Made by a program: the position numbers and the translations under genes. The notes beneath the pieces are model-generated. The model was not told the origin of the DNA and searched no databases. It saw only the letters and a list, made by a program, of their open reading frames with translations. From Eledone cirrhosa (lineage: Eukaryota), in contig OZ024745.1 of assembly GCA_964016885.1 (NCBI GenBank), positions 79,174,001 through 79,238,000 on the forward strand: a stretch of DNA of 64,000 nt, read 5' to 3'. Shown here piece after piece: positions 1 through 13,600 of the stretch. Every line of letters begins with the position of its first letter. Position 1 is the stretch's first letter.

Positions 1-560
1 TCAAAGTAAACAATAGGTAATGTCTTGTGCTCTTGAAGCGTCAGTGGTCTTCAGCTGGTCTTTAAACTGCTTCTCTGATCTTCCAGTGAAGTGTTGACTA
101 TGGTGTGATTGGCTGGAGTGGATCTTATGAGGATCTTGTCAGATATGTGCACTTTATGTTCAGATCATCTCAAACGGTATTTGTATAGTGTAGATTCAGA
201 GTTAAGGGTATTGGTTTAACAATATTTCTGTGTGTGTATAATCCTATCTCGCCAAGTGACAATGGATTTTCTAGAGACACTGGATATTAAAGGTCTCTCA
301 AGCCATAATGTGTTTGCTAAGCATTTAGAATGCAATTTGTGATAGTTGTTTAGAAAAATTCTTTCTGACCTTCCCAGAAGATACAAATGCCTCTCTGCAA
401 CAGTTTAGAATCTCCTTGTTCAGTGTGTAGTCATCAGAAAAAATGCTACTTAAGTATCTAAATTGAGACAGTGTGGCATAGATGTTGTACTGAGAAAGTG
501 GTGGGGAGAGGAGACAGTGCATTGCTATTGATTGATGATATCAGTTTTCTGACAGTTAAC
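1..560 (-). mobile_element. Degraded RTE-like LINE, RT C-terminal fragment
   Basis: Minus-strand peptide FRYLSSIFSDD..LNKEILN..REAFVSSGK resembles the FxYLGS RT-thumb region; many stops. Confidence 0.55.
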
Positions 561-1562
561 TGACAGTCCAGTATAGATGTTAATACTCCTGCAATAATTA
601 TACATATTGTGACCTGTACGTCCTGATGTAGTTGTAAGGGTGCTGTAGTAACATACTTGTCATGGGCATTTTAAACCTGATAGAGCCCGTCCTACTCCAG
701 TCTGAACACAGCTGATTTCTTCCATAGAAGGAGAGAGAGGAAGAGTGAAAGAAGAATTGATCTCAGTACTGAACCTGTGCATTTTTTTTATTCATCTCAA
801 AAAGATGAAAAGTGAAGTTGACCTTAGCTGGATTTGAACTCAGAGCACAGAAAGCCAAAACGAATACTGCAAAGCATTCTATCTGACTGTGTGTTTAAAA
901 CATACTATCATATTAATCAGAAAAGATGTTAACTGTTTGGAAATTTATTCTAGCAGCGCCTAGCTAACCTTAATTTATATAACCTTGTTATATCATGATT
1001 TCTATTTTAAGCAGAAGGCCTGATATTTTGGGAAGAGGGGAGAGAAAAGCTAATTAAATTGACCGCAACTTGACTGGTGCTTTATTTTATCCACCTCGGG
1101 ATAACAAAAGTCAGAGTTGACCTTGATAGGATTTGAACTCAGAACATAAAGAGCCATAACCAAATACTATGGATCATTTTCTCTAGTGCTCTAATGATTC
1201 TGCCAATCCACTGCTCTTATAAATAAACTGTTTGGTCTGGTGTCCATTCTATTGACCCAGTCAGGAATGACCTTAACAATGACTGAAATAAAAAAAACAA
1301 AAATACTCTATCCTTAAGGAGCATTGGACAAAATACCTTGTGGTATTTGGTTACATTCCTTTATGTTATGAGTTAAACTCTTGCCTAAGTCAACTTCACC
1401 TTTCATTCTTCCACAGTCCATAAAATAAGAACTGGGGTCGATGTAGTTGATTGTGCCTGACAAAGTAAAATCAGAGGATTGAAAACAGTAAAAAAAAAAA
1501 AATTTATGACTTTTTCCCCCGATTTATTTCAATATTCAAACAATCACTTTGTTTATTTTAAG

Positions 1563-1653
1563 GTTCAACACAATACTGTAAGGGAAAATATCCTGGATGA
1601 AATTTTTGCCCGGATTGGATCATCAGAATCGAAACCTGTTACCCATATTCTTG
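1563..1653 (+). CDS. FANCI: FANCI exon ([30 protein letters not shown])
   Basis: ttttaag|GTT ... CTTG|gtaatg; 91 nt. Confidence 0.88.
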
Positions 1654-4600
1654 GTAATGTATGATTCTTCATCCTCCTTTTCTTTTTTTTTAACATATAG
1701 TCAGAGAGGGAAGGGTAATAGCCATGATCCTTTTCAGGGCTCCTGAGATAGGTGGGATGGATGGAGAGAGGTCCCCTCAAATTTGAAACATAGCTTGAAT
1801 GCTTTTAACAGAGCAGACTCTGTTAAATGCAGCCAAAGACCAAGTGGTGGTCTTAAATGAGGCAATGAATTAAGTTTATTACTTATGTAGACCACAGTCA
1901 GATTTGAACTCAAAACTAAAAGAGCTGGAATAAATACAAAGCATCCTGTTTGATGTTTTAATAATTCCACCAGTCCATAACCTTCGATTGGTACTTTATT
2001 TATTGACCTCAGAAGCATGACAAGTATTGTTGATTTTAGTGGGATTTGAACTTGGAACTCAGCACGTTGACTCCCTTGTCACATTTCCCATTTTGTCCTT
2101 GGGTTCAAATATGGTTCTACAATTTATTATATGAGTGTCATAATTTTTTTTTTTACTATATCATATGTGAAGCATAAGAATTATCTTTAACCCATGAGTT
2201 AGTGATGGGGCATTTGGTTGCTAGGGTCCCCCACGACATAGCAGATGGTCAAGAGGATTCTGCTGACATCAGTGGATTTGCAATTTTAAAATATCATTTT
2301 CCATCATATAATTTCAGATCTTTTTTCTCAAGTAGTGCAAACCAGACCCCAGCTTCTATTAAACTCAGACAAGAAACTGGCTACTATATTTAACCATTTA
2401 CCAACATTGCCGCCAACAACAGCCGCTAGTCTGTTAGACATTCTCCAACCTATCTTCAAATTTAGCACAAATTTGCGTGATACACTTATGCTGCTCCTAC
2501 GCAAATCTATGTTCTCGAGGTAAGAAATGATATCTCTTGCTCATACTCCCATCTCATCAATAGTACAGAATAATATTCGGTTTCATTGTTTCTCACATAC
2601 ACACACACACACATATTATATATTGTTGTATATATGTATATATATGTATGCAGGGCAATAAAGATAGACGGTAGCCACGGAGTAGGCAGACCCAGAAAAA
2701 CCTGGGACGACATGATAAATTCCGACCTCACACGCTTACACCTCTCCAAGACAATGTCACTGGACCGAGACCTTTGGCGGTACTCAGTAATAGAGAAGAC
2801 CCGCCTTACCTAAATACAAAGTAAAACCTACTACAGTCAGTAGGCATCTCTAACAAAACACACCCCGTCCCACCACCCCCACCCCATCCACACCGCCCCT
2901 TTCAATGTAAAGTTATGTTGGTGCCACAACATCCAGGCCGAAACAAATGAGATCGTGTAGGTATCACGACAAAAAACACACAGTCCACGCTGTAATGTGG
3001 CCGTGTAGGCAACACGGTAAAAACCTCCCAGCCCCACACTGTAAATGTGGTTGGTGTTAGGAAGGGCATCCAACTGTAGAAAACCTGCCAGACAGTCCTA
3101 TGCGAGCAAGACAATCACTCTTGCCTCAAGTGGGACTACCCCCGTCCAAACCCATGCAAGTGTGGAACACGGACGTTAAACGTTGATGATGATGATGATG
3201 TATGTATATATGTATATATATATGATTATATATATATATATGTGTGTGTGTGTTATCAGACTATCAACACTATCAGACTGTCTGTATTATTAGTCAACAC
3301 TATTAGACTCAACTCTGTCCAGCTTTGCATAGTTTTGCTTAGCTCTGTTCAGCTTGGTTTGCCTTAACTCAGCTCAGCTCTGTCCGGCTTGGATTAGCTT
3401 GATCCAGCTTGGCTTACTTTAGTTCAACTCGGTTTAGTTCAGCTTGGTTTGGCTCAACTCAGTTCTGTCCAGCTTGGCTTGGCTTAGCTTAACTTAGCTC
3501 TGTCCAGCTCAACTTAGCTTTGACCAGCTCGGTTTTGCTTGGCTTAGCTCTGGAGTCAGGGATTGTATCTTGGATCCAGCATCATCATCATCATCATCAT
3601 CATCACCGTTTTACGTCCGTTCTTCCACGCTAGCATGGGTTAGACGGGTTGTCCTGTTGTGGGCAGTGTCTGGTCGGCTGACCATGCCTTGCTCATACAG
3701 GAACTGATTTGGCTTGATTTCTACAGCTGGATGCCCTTCCTAACACCAACCTCATTTACAGTGAGTGCTGGGTGCTTTTTCGTGGTGCCTACACGTCCAC
3801 TTTACAGTGTGGGCTGGGTGCTTTTTTGCCGTGGCACCTCCACGACCACCTTGCAGTGGGGGGTGTGGGGGCATATTGTCTATCTGCTTCAGCTTCTACC
3901 CATGGGAGGTCGGGTACTCTGTATTACTGCGTGACGCCAGAGGTCACGGTTGTGTGTCATCGCCTTTGAGAGGTGTAATTGGGTAAGGTCGGCTTTTAGT
4001 CAGCACTATCAGATTGACTGTATTATAGGATCTGATTCAGAATTGGATCTAATCTGGCATCATCTCTGATGTCTAGTCAACACTATCGAACTGTCTGTAT
4101 TATCTGATCTGATTTGGGATCAGATCTGATGTCTGTATCATTAGTCAACACAATCAGACTGTCTGTATTATCGGAGCTGATCTGCGATTGGATCTGATCC
4201 AGGATCGGATTAACACAGCCCTGCCTAGCTCAGCTCGTCTTAGCTTAGCTCTCTCCACAGTACCAATATTGTTCAAGGGAAAGGCAAAAGCTGATATACC
4301 TTGGCACCATTGTTGTTGCAGCCCATTATATTTTCCAGCTGAGTGGATTATGAGCATCACAAAATTAAAGTGTCTTGCCCAAGGCTACAACACACTGCTT
4401 ATTCCAGGAATCAAACTCACAACCTTAGTCACGAGCCTACTACCCTTACAACTGAGATTTAAGGGAATGGTCATCACAATTTCTCAGGAATGTGAACACT
4501 GGTTAACACTCCTTACACACACATACCTGCTCCCAATACACAAACACACCTGCTGCCAATACACACCAATACACACCAATACATACAGACACCTGCTCCC

Positions 4601-7600
4601 AATATACACACGCCTACTTCCAATACACAGTCACATGCTCTTAATACACAGATGCACCTGCTCCCAATACACACGCACACCCACACCTACCCGCAATACA
4701 CTTGTGGTTTAATTAAGGAACAAACAAAAGAATCATAATTACGTCACCTCTCCTGAAACTCTGAGATAACAGCACTCCAGTACCTCCTTAAGAGACTATA
4801 TATTATCTAAGGGCTTCGGTTTCTGTCTGCTGGTAGTTTGCTGATATAAGGGGGAAAATAAAAATAGTAGTGCCTTGGTGAGGCAAATTTTCTATTCGAA
4901 ATTTTTTTAAAATGTCCCTTTAACAAACTTAGCATCCTGATCTTAATTTCCTATATTTTTTAAATGTGCTTTAACAAACTTTAATATTTACTTCGTACAC
5001 CTCTGTGATGTATAATACTTATCTCTTAAGCCAGCCATTATTGGCTGTCTTACCCTTAAGATCTACCCCGTGGATCGTTTTAGCCATAATGTTAATATTT
5101 AGTTTATTAGATTGGTTTTTATTTAGCAGCGCCTTGGTTAGACAAATTTTCTATTCCAATTTTTTTTTAAAAATCTCCCTTTAAGTTTATTAGATTGTTT
5201 TTTTTTTATTTAGCAGTGCCTCTTTGAGGCAAATTTTTTAAAAATGTCCCTTTAACAAAGTTAGCATCCTGATCACTTATTCCAAATTTAAAAAAAATGT
5301 CCTTTAATAAAGTTAGTGTCTTATAAACAGGTTCAATTCCTCGCTGGTCTAGTAGAATTCATTGATACTGATGCCAGTTCTATACTTAGGTCGTCTGGCG
5401 GTCATAAAAGTATGCCTTTGGTTGAGATACACACACACACACACACACCTATAGGAGTTGCTAAATATGAGCAATGCAATAGAAACATTGACCACGTCTT
5501 GACCAAACAAAATATAATATTTTCACCAAAAACTACCTTTAAACTGCCCTTTAAACACATGTCAGATGGATTACAATATTCATTATTACAATTACTTTGA
5601 CTGTTCCCTGACAACTAGTACCAGTTTCAAGATAGAATTATCTTAACGAAGTATATATAATTTCACTTGATTTTCACCAACAAACCACGTGTGGACATGG
5701 ACGGGGAAAAAGGAAAAAAAAACAAATCACTACATCCCTTAGGGATCGCAGTAAGTACTCCACAAAACATATAAACAACAATATACACACAGATTTATAT
5801 ACAGATATATACCATATGCATATACACACACGTGAAAAGAAACCACACTATTTCGTGTGAGACACTATACCGGCCAATCTTACGTACATTGGTAAAATAT
5901 TTCCGAACATTGACTTCGCTTCTAACCCACATACACCTTTTAATTATATATATATACTAGCAGCTGAAAGTTAATAATTTGAAAAATATTATTGAAAGTT
6001 TATTATAAAGAAGCAGTATCAGGAAAAATAACGTTATTTCGCTGTTAATAAACTGTTGCCTTCTACAGTACGTTTCATTTAACTTACGCAGCATATTTAT
6101 TTGTTTACATGCACAGACTCTTCTGTACACACACAACATTTAGGAAAACGGAAACAAAATACACAAAAAAACAAAACAAAAAACAGGCATTTTATTTCTA
6201 TCGTAATCAAGTGCGCTAAACCTATATTGTTTACATTCTGTGTTTTTCTACGGATGGGCAGAAATAACAAAATTGCCATGGTGATATCCATCGATGAAGT
6301 ATGCGACAAAACTGGTCGATGTTCCAAAATAGAACGTTGCCCAGAAGATCACACCTGCCATATCTATACGGAACCCGAAAACTCGTTTTGTAATCGTTGG
6401 GTCGAATGTGGAACCTGTCACATCTCTGTCTCCCTTCAATGCGCCACAGGCTTCCGGAAGATCCCAGGCCAAAACAAGAAACATCATATTGCTACGATGA
6501 ATAGACTCTGGGAGATGGTCCAGCTAACAAACTGGTCCTTTCAGTGCCTGGACTGTATGCCTGCTTCTCCCATTGCTGCGGAACAACAACAACAAAGACC
6601 GAAGATCGTGTCTTCTACCATTGTTCCCGAACAACAACAACAAAAACCGAGGATCATGTCTTCCTCTACCATTGTTCCTGAACAACAGCAAAAACCAACG
6701 ACCGTAGCTTCTGCTACTACCCCCATTGAAGGACTTCATCAACAACAGCAACCCATGTCTTCTACCATGCCTGTTGAAGGAGAAGAAGAACAACAAAAAC
6801 CGACCGTCAATACGGAGTTTGAGGAAATACGGCAAATGATTTCCGCTTTAAGCCAAGAAATAGCGGAAATAAAATCAAGCGTTCGTGTAGAACCCCACAA
6901 TGAGGGATCTTACCGGAGTGCCTTGTTAAAAATCTCCGCGTACCTCATGTTGAACCTAGACGCATTGAGAATGCCACTGAATCTGCAAACCACGAAGTGA
7001 TTGCCATTGGTGTACCAGAAGACATAGTTGATCTTCAGGCATTTGCTGCCAGTTCATCCAAAGACCTGGGCTGTGCTCCCGCAAAGGGTGCTCTACGCCT
7101 TGGCCGACCAGGTCCGAAACCCAGGCTAATTAGACTGTCTTTTTCAAACTCAACTGAGGCACGTTCATACCTTGTAGCCTCTGATAAAGCTAGGCGTGAA
7201 AGTCGGATTGCTTTCCGAACACGCCCTGGTCTTCCACCTGATGTCCGCCCAAAGCTGCGTGCTGCAGCTTCCTTAAACCGCAGCTCGGCAGAACATGAAA
7301 GATTCAGCCTACGAGATGATGGGCAGATATGGAAGTTTGTTAAGGCTGGCGAATCATGGAAAAGAGACATCAGCTGGTCTGAAAACACTGTACCCACAAC
7401 AACGGACAATAAAGAAACTGAAAAACTCTGGGAAACTAAATCAGAACAACTTGCCATCCCCTGCACATAATCATAGACTGGAATCAAGGTACAAATTGTT
7501 GTCCTTGAATGCACGTAGTCTATGCAATAAGATTCATCTTTTTGACTCCTACGTCAAAAGTATCAACCCTGACTTCATTACAGTCACGGAAACTTGGGCA

Positions 7601-10600
7601 CATCCCTTACTCTGTGATGGGGTTTTCAGCATGACTGGCTACAACCTGTTTCGTAAAGACCGCATTAATTGTCGTGGTGGTGGTGTAATGGTCTATGTTC
7701 GGTCAAATCTGTCGGCAACCCTTGTGCTGATTTGAACCAATCACAGCAGGAAGTTTTTTTCTGTGATATACGTATGACCATGTCAACACTGCTACTTAGA
7801 GTCGTTTACCATCCCCCAAATTACCATCAGGACACTCAACTTTGTGATATCCTCAGAGCTGCTGCCAAGAAGACAGCCACTTATGTTTTCATTGCAGGTG
7901 ACTTCAATCACCCTGAGATTGACTGGGAAACCTTTCGTTGGCCGCCAAATGCAAATGACTTCCTTGAGCTAGTGCTGGACTCGAGTTGGTCCCAGGTGGT
8001 CACCTCCCCAACGAGAGGTGACAACACTTTGGACCTACTCTTCACCACTACTCCTGAAACGGTCATTAGTGTTACTGCTGAGGAACCTTTAGGTGACTCT
8101 GATCATGCTATGATCATTGCCAATCTATCCCTCATGGGCAGTAACAAGAACCACAACCATCTCCAAACTGCTCACTTTGACTGAAATAAAGCAGACTGGA
8201 ACTGCTACTGCACCGAGTTGCAACGGCCAAACTGGCTTGAGTTCTACGACACTGGAGATGTCAACACTGTACTCCAGAACATCCTGAACTCAATATGGAC
8301 AGCATGTGCAGCATCGGTGCCACGTAAGCGGAAAAAACATCCCAAAAGCGCAATTTGGGAGACTGCAGCAGTCCGTCTTGCCAGAAAACGACGGCGCAAT
8401 GCTGAACGTGAGTACAAACTTCACAAATCAGACATTAATAGGAAGAGGCGAAATAGATCGTCCAACCACCTCAAACAGGTGACAAAAAAGGCAGTGCTTC
8501 AATTTGAGCAGCGCATAGCAACCAGCCCTGACAGTAAGGTGTTCTGGAAGTATGTTCACTCAAAGCAGAGGCCTCACTCTCTGCAGGTATTTTCACTATT
8601 GAAGATCAGAGTGTACCATCTCCACCACCTATGACACCGGACTCTATTACAACCAATGGAATTTACACCTGCAATGCTGTGACGTCACCTAAAAAATAAA
8701 CGCAACCATGCCTCTCCTGGTCTTGATGGTGTTACGTACCTGCTTCTTAAACGTGGTGGGTACTTCCTTCTACACCAGTTATCACGCTTCTTCCAATTCT
8801 GTCTGCACAACAGTGCTACTCCAGAACAGTGGAAAACTGCCAGTGTCATTCCTCTGTTCAAAAAGGGTGACCGCACATCACCTGTGAACTATCATCCAGT
8901 CAGTCTTACTAGTTGCATCGCCAAACTGATGGAATCCTGTGTCAGAGAAACACTTTGGAACTTCTGGAGCTCTCACAGTCTTATCCGGCCCTCGCAATTT
9001 GGATTTATCCCCAACTCCAGCTGCTGTGATCAACTTATAGAGTTTCTTGAGGACATCACCCGGATCACTGATGGCGGCTCATGGGTGGATGTTGTTTACC
9101 TTGACTTTGCGAAGGCCTTCAATTCTGTGCCACACAAAAGGCTTATGGCAAAACTCTCTGCAATGGGTGTGAAGGATGATCTTTTTAACTGGTTGAAGTC
9201 CTTCATTCTCAGTCGAAGAGAGGTAGTCACGGTTCTGGGACAGCATTCCTCACCATATGAGATGTCATCTGGTGTACCACAGGGATCTGTTCTTGGCCCC
9301 CTTTTGTTTGTGGCATATATTAATGACATAGATGCCAACTTAAGGAATGCCACAGTACTAAAGTACCTTGAGATAAAAAGGACAGATCCTGAACACTATA
9401 GATCTTGCTTGATCCTGAACACTATAGATCTTGCTTGCAGTCTGACCTGGACATAATGCAACAATGGATCTCAGACTGGCAACTCAAGCTAGCTGTGGAC
9501 AAGTGTACCACCATGCATTTTGGGAGTAAAAACCCAGCGTCCACATACTCCCTCCACAGCACTAATATCAAGAAGTCTTCCTGTGAACGTAACCTGGGCA
9601 TTACGGTCAGCAGCGATTTGCGTTGGACGAGGCACGTCTCTAAAATTGTCAAGAGGGCCGAGAGTGTCTTAGCATCACTCAGCAAGACAGTTGTCAGCCG
9701 CTCTCCAGATATCTATTTAAAGTTGTATATAGCTATGGTGCGGCCACACTTAGAATTTGCATCACCAGTCTGGGACCCCTATCTTGCTCAGGACATTGAC
9801 CGCCTGGAAACTGTTCAGAGATGTGCAACCAAGCGAATACCCTCCATCAGGCATCTACCATACTCTGAGCGCCTTGCTTCCCTGGGCATGGATTCATTGA
9901 AGCTCCGACGCCTGGCAACTGACTTGGTAAACACCCACAAAATTGTTAACCATGTTGCCAACAACAACCCTGAGTACCTTTTTGATTTCCATGTGTCTAA
10001 CACTACGTGGACATGCCCACAATGTAAGAAAACAGCACAGTTCCCATGACTTTCTGAAACATTTTTTCACACTCAGAGTTGCTGAAGCATGGAACAAACT
10101 ACCTGCATCAGTTGTTAGCTGTCGAGACACTGCATCCTTTAAGGCCTCCATGCTTCCCGAGATCCGCCAACACTACAGCTAACACATACACACATGTACT
10201 TCCCTGACATTTGTGTATTATTCTATGTACTATACATACACCTTTGACGAGTTGTAGTGCACCTGAGCACTTTACACAATAATTTCATTATTATATACAC
10301 CTACCGACGTCCTAGATAAAGTTAATTCTCTATATTTATCATGATAAATTAGAACACAGACAGCTGACCACATGAATATACGTACATATAAATATGTATA
10401 CAAACACACCCACAAACTAGCCATTCCCCTAAAAAACCAGATACTTTCATAAAGACTTTTTACAACTGGTTATAAAGTGTATGCCCATATTTGGACAGCC
10501 AAGCCCCCTGATGAAGACAGCCATTTCTACCATAAAAAAAAACAATGATTCAGTTTGCAGGTAGCTGTTGAAACGGCAGGAGCTCAGCCGTCGTGGTCCC

Positions 10601-13600
10601 GACTCTTTCACATTACCACACTCTACTGCCCCAAGTATCAAGTACTCTGGTGAATAATGGTCTAACAGGTTTTTACTGCATCCATTTTGATTTATATATG
10701 TATATATATATATATATAGAGAGAGAGAGGTGCGAAATATTAGTCGCAGTGTGAGCAGCTCAACAAATAAAGAATTTGGAGCTGTTATATACAAATTTAA
10801 GGTATCAAAACATATATTATGTATGATATTTGTGCTTCTCAGTAGAAAAGCTCAATGGGAATTTGTCCAGAGCATCAATAATTCAAATTCATAGATATAT
10901 ATATAGAGAGACAAAGAGACATATTCCTTTTGAGAAAACAGTATTCTGTACACACTCAAAAAGCACATAATATTTAGGAAGAATGACATCCTGTTTTGTT
11001 TGTATCTGCAGCCTTGGGTTAAACATTACACCACCAGGGCAGTGGATTGGCAGTATCGGTAGAGAGTCGGACGCCATGCTTTCCAGCATAGTTACGTCCC
11101 TTTATGGTCTGAGTTCAAATCCTGCCGAGGTTCACTTTGCCTTTTATCCTTACGGGGTCGATAAAATAAAGTAATGTACTGGGTAATTGCTGGCTTTGTG
11201 CCAAAAAAGTAGAAACATTTATTACACCATGCTGTAAATCCTGGCAGATTTTGTACAATATACTTTATTGCAACTTTATTTAATTGACGTAATTCCTCTG
11301 ATAGTATGAGCAATACAAAGACACCCAATTTGTTTAGCTTCATAACATGACAGCTTGACTAACCCATGCAAACACGGAAAATAGTGAAAATGAAAGCTAT
11401 CTGTTTTTTGTTTTCGCATTGTATTCAGCTTATATCTTGTCATATTTTGATATCATCTTTATTAATATTTGAATGTTTTTTTTTTTGTTTTTTCTCATGA
11501 ATTATGTTATGGATCTGGATGCTCTTTCAGACATTTGAATGCACGGAAAGTGAGTGCCAAAGGGTTCCTAATAATTTTGAAGCACTTCCGAATTATTGGC
11601 AGTCTTCCTTCTAGTCAGCTGAATCAATCATTTTCTTTGAGTCAAGTAAAGTATTGTTTTATATTTTTATACATGCTCAAATAATCAATAACTTTTCCAA
11701 AATTGATACAAAATCATAAATATCTCCCAAAATTGATACAAAATCATAAACATAAAAACACATCAATTTTCTTTAGCTACAAATTCTGTGTTGACTTATC
11801 ATCATCATCATTTTGTGCTAATCTTTTAAGATATAAATCAAGGAATCACAGCTATTTTACTTAAACTCAGTTGATCTATGAATGAAAGGCCATCTGTATG
11901 ACACCTGTGTGTGATGTGTAATGTTGCTTAGTAGTGAGACTTGGGCAGCAAATGCAGAAGATATGTGAAGACTGAAGAAAATAAGAACAAGGTGTAAAAA
12001 GTTCTGGGAATTACTAACTCTGTTGACAGTAAAAGGATTTTCTCTCCAAAAGAAAACAGATTGTATGATGTCTGTCTGAAAAGTGCAATATTGCATAGCA
12101 ATGAGACTTAAGTGGTGAATGCAGAAAGTGTGCAATGGCTGAAGAGAATATATACAACAAAGCATGGATGTGCTGAGAGAAAAGCTGGCTATAACAGGAA
12201 TCAGATGTAGTGTTCAAGAGTAAAAACTACTGGACATGTGATGCGTATGGAGGATGATTGTTGGGTGAGGAAGTGCCAAGAAATCCCAGAGGAAGGAAGC
12301 TGCATTAGGGGATGATTAAGGAATATTTGGGCAGAGGTTGTGAAAGCTGATCTCAAATCACTGAAGCTCACAGCAGAAAGGACTGTAACATGTGAAGGGA
12401 TGCTGTGCTGAAAAGGACTTGCCCAACCCATGCAAACATGGAAAAGTGACGTTAAATAATGATGACGAATGCCTCTGACAATCATTATAAAAACTAATTA
12501 GGAATTGGCTTTTAGAGTGTTTCTCAATCTGCTGGAAATAGCAGCCAAATGACCTTCAAATTGCATTCTACTGTCTTGAAAAAAGAGAGACATTGGATAA
12601 TGTAGTCATCATTATCACTATTTTCCTTGCTTGCATGGGTTAGACAAACTGTAACATTCTCTGGCTTGATGTCCTTCCTACACCAACCATTTCACAACAT
12701 GTAGCAGGTTCGTTTTCTCATAGCACCTTCACTACTACCTGACAGGGTGGACTGGATGCTTTTTATCATGGCACCAGCACTATCACTTTACAGTGTGGGC
12801 TGAACACATTTTGTTGAAGCACCAGCACATTTTATTGTGGGCTGGTTGCATTTTATCATGGAAAACTCTGAAAGAACCTGAAGGCAGTCATGGTTGAATT
12901 TATTCGGTGATGGCTGACCTAGATATGAATAGCAACAACAACCATTATAATAGCCTCCAGATTTATTGAAATAAACTGAACGATATATGAACTGAAATAT
13001 GCCAATTTCCTTTACATTGTCCTGTATATATGTAGTGTAGCTGCAGATGCATCTGTTTTATATAGCTGGTGGGTTGCATCTATAGTTGGCTTGTAATCAG
13101 TTGTTTGTTGGTGACTGAGCTGAGTCAACAAGGATTACATACTGAATATAGGTATGGTTTCATTTTTGGTTAGTTACTATGTTGGACAATTTATAAAGGT
13201 CTAATGCAGTAATGATGTTGACAAAGGCGTTACTAATGATTTCTAAATCTAAACATAAGGTTTACAATTTGTGTGGGGAGGAAAGTTGATTGTATCAATC
13301 CTAGTACTTGACTGGTGTATTTTATTTTATAAATTCTGGATGGATGATATACAAGGTTGATCTCAGCAGGATTTAAACTCAGAATGTTAAGAGCTGTAAT
13401 TAAATGCCACAAATATTTTGGCCAATGCTCTAATGAATCTGCCAACACACCAACAATGGTGTAAATAATGAATGTATTGCTATCATCATAATTTTACATG
13501 GTAAGTGGACATAAAATGATGATTACAGTACATTGTTCACGGCATTTGAATTATTCAGTATAGTCATAAACTAAAAATGAAATCATACCATATCCAAAGT

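Larger units (their letters stand above)
5960..10293 (+). mobile_element. Near full-length CR1-clade LINE (ORF1 plus APE-RT ORF2), disabled; 5' boundary approximate
   Basis: ORF1 Cys/His PHD-like finger; APE motifs LNARSL, VTETW, GGGV, GDFN, TLDL, SDH; RT motifs [21 protein letters not shown]; C-terminal LRGH/WNKLP; (ATT)n tail. Confidence 0.92.

Noticed and set aside
4188-4712. 174-aa ORF and most other short ORF-track calls
   Set aside because: They run through satellites, SINEs or the antisense strand of TE genes and show no recognisable protein features.
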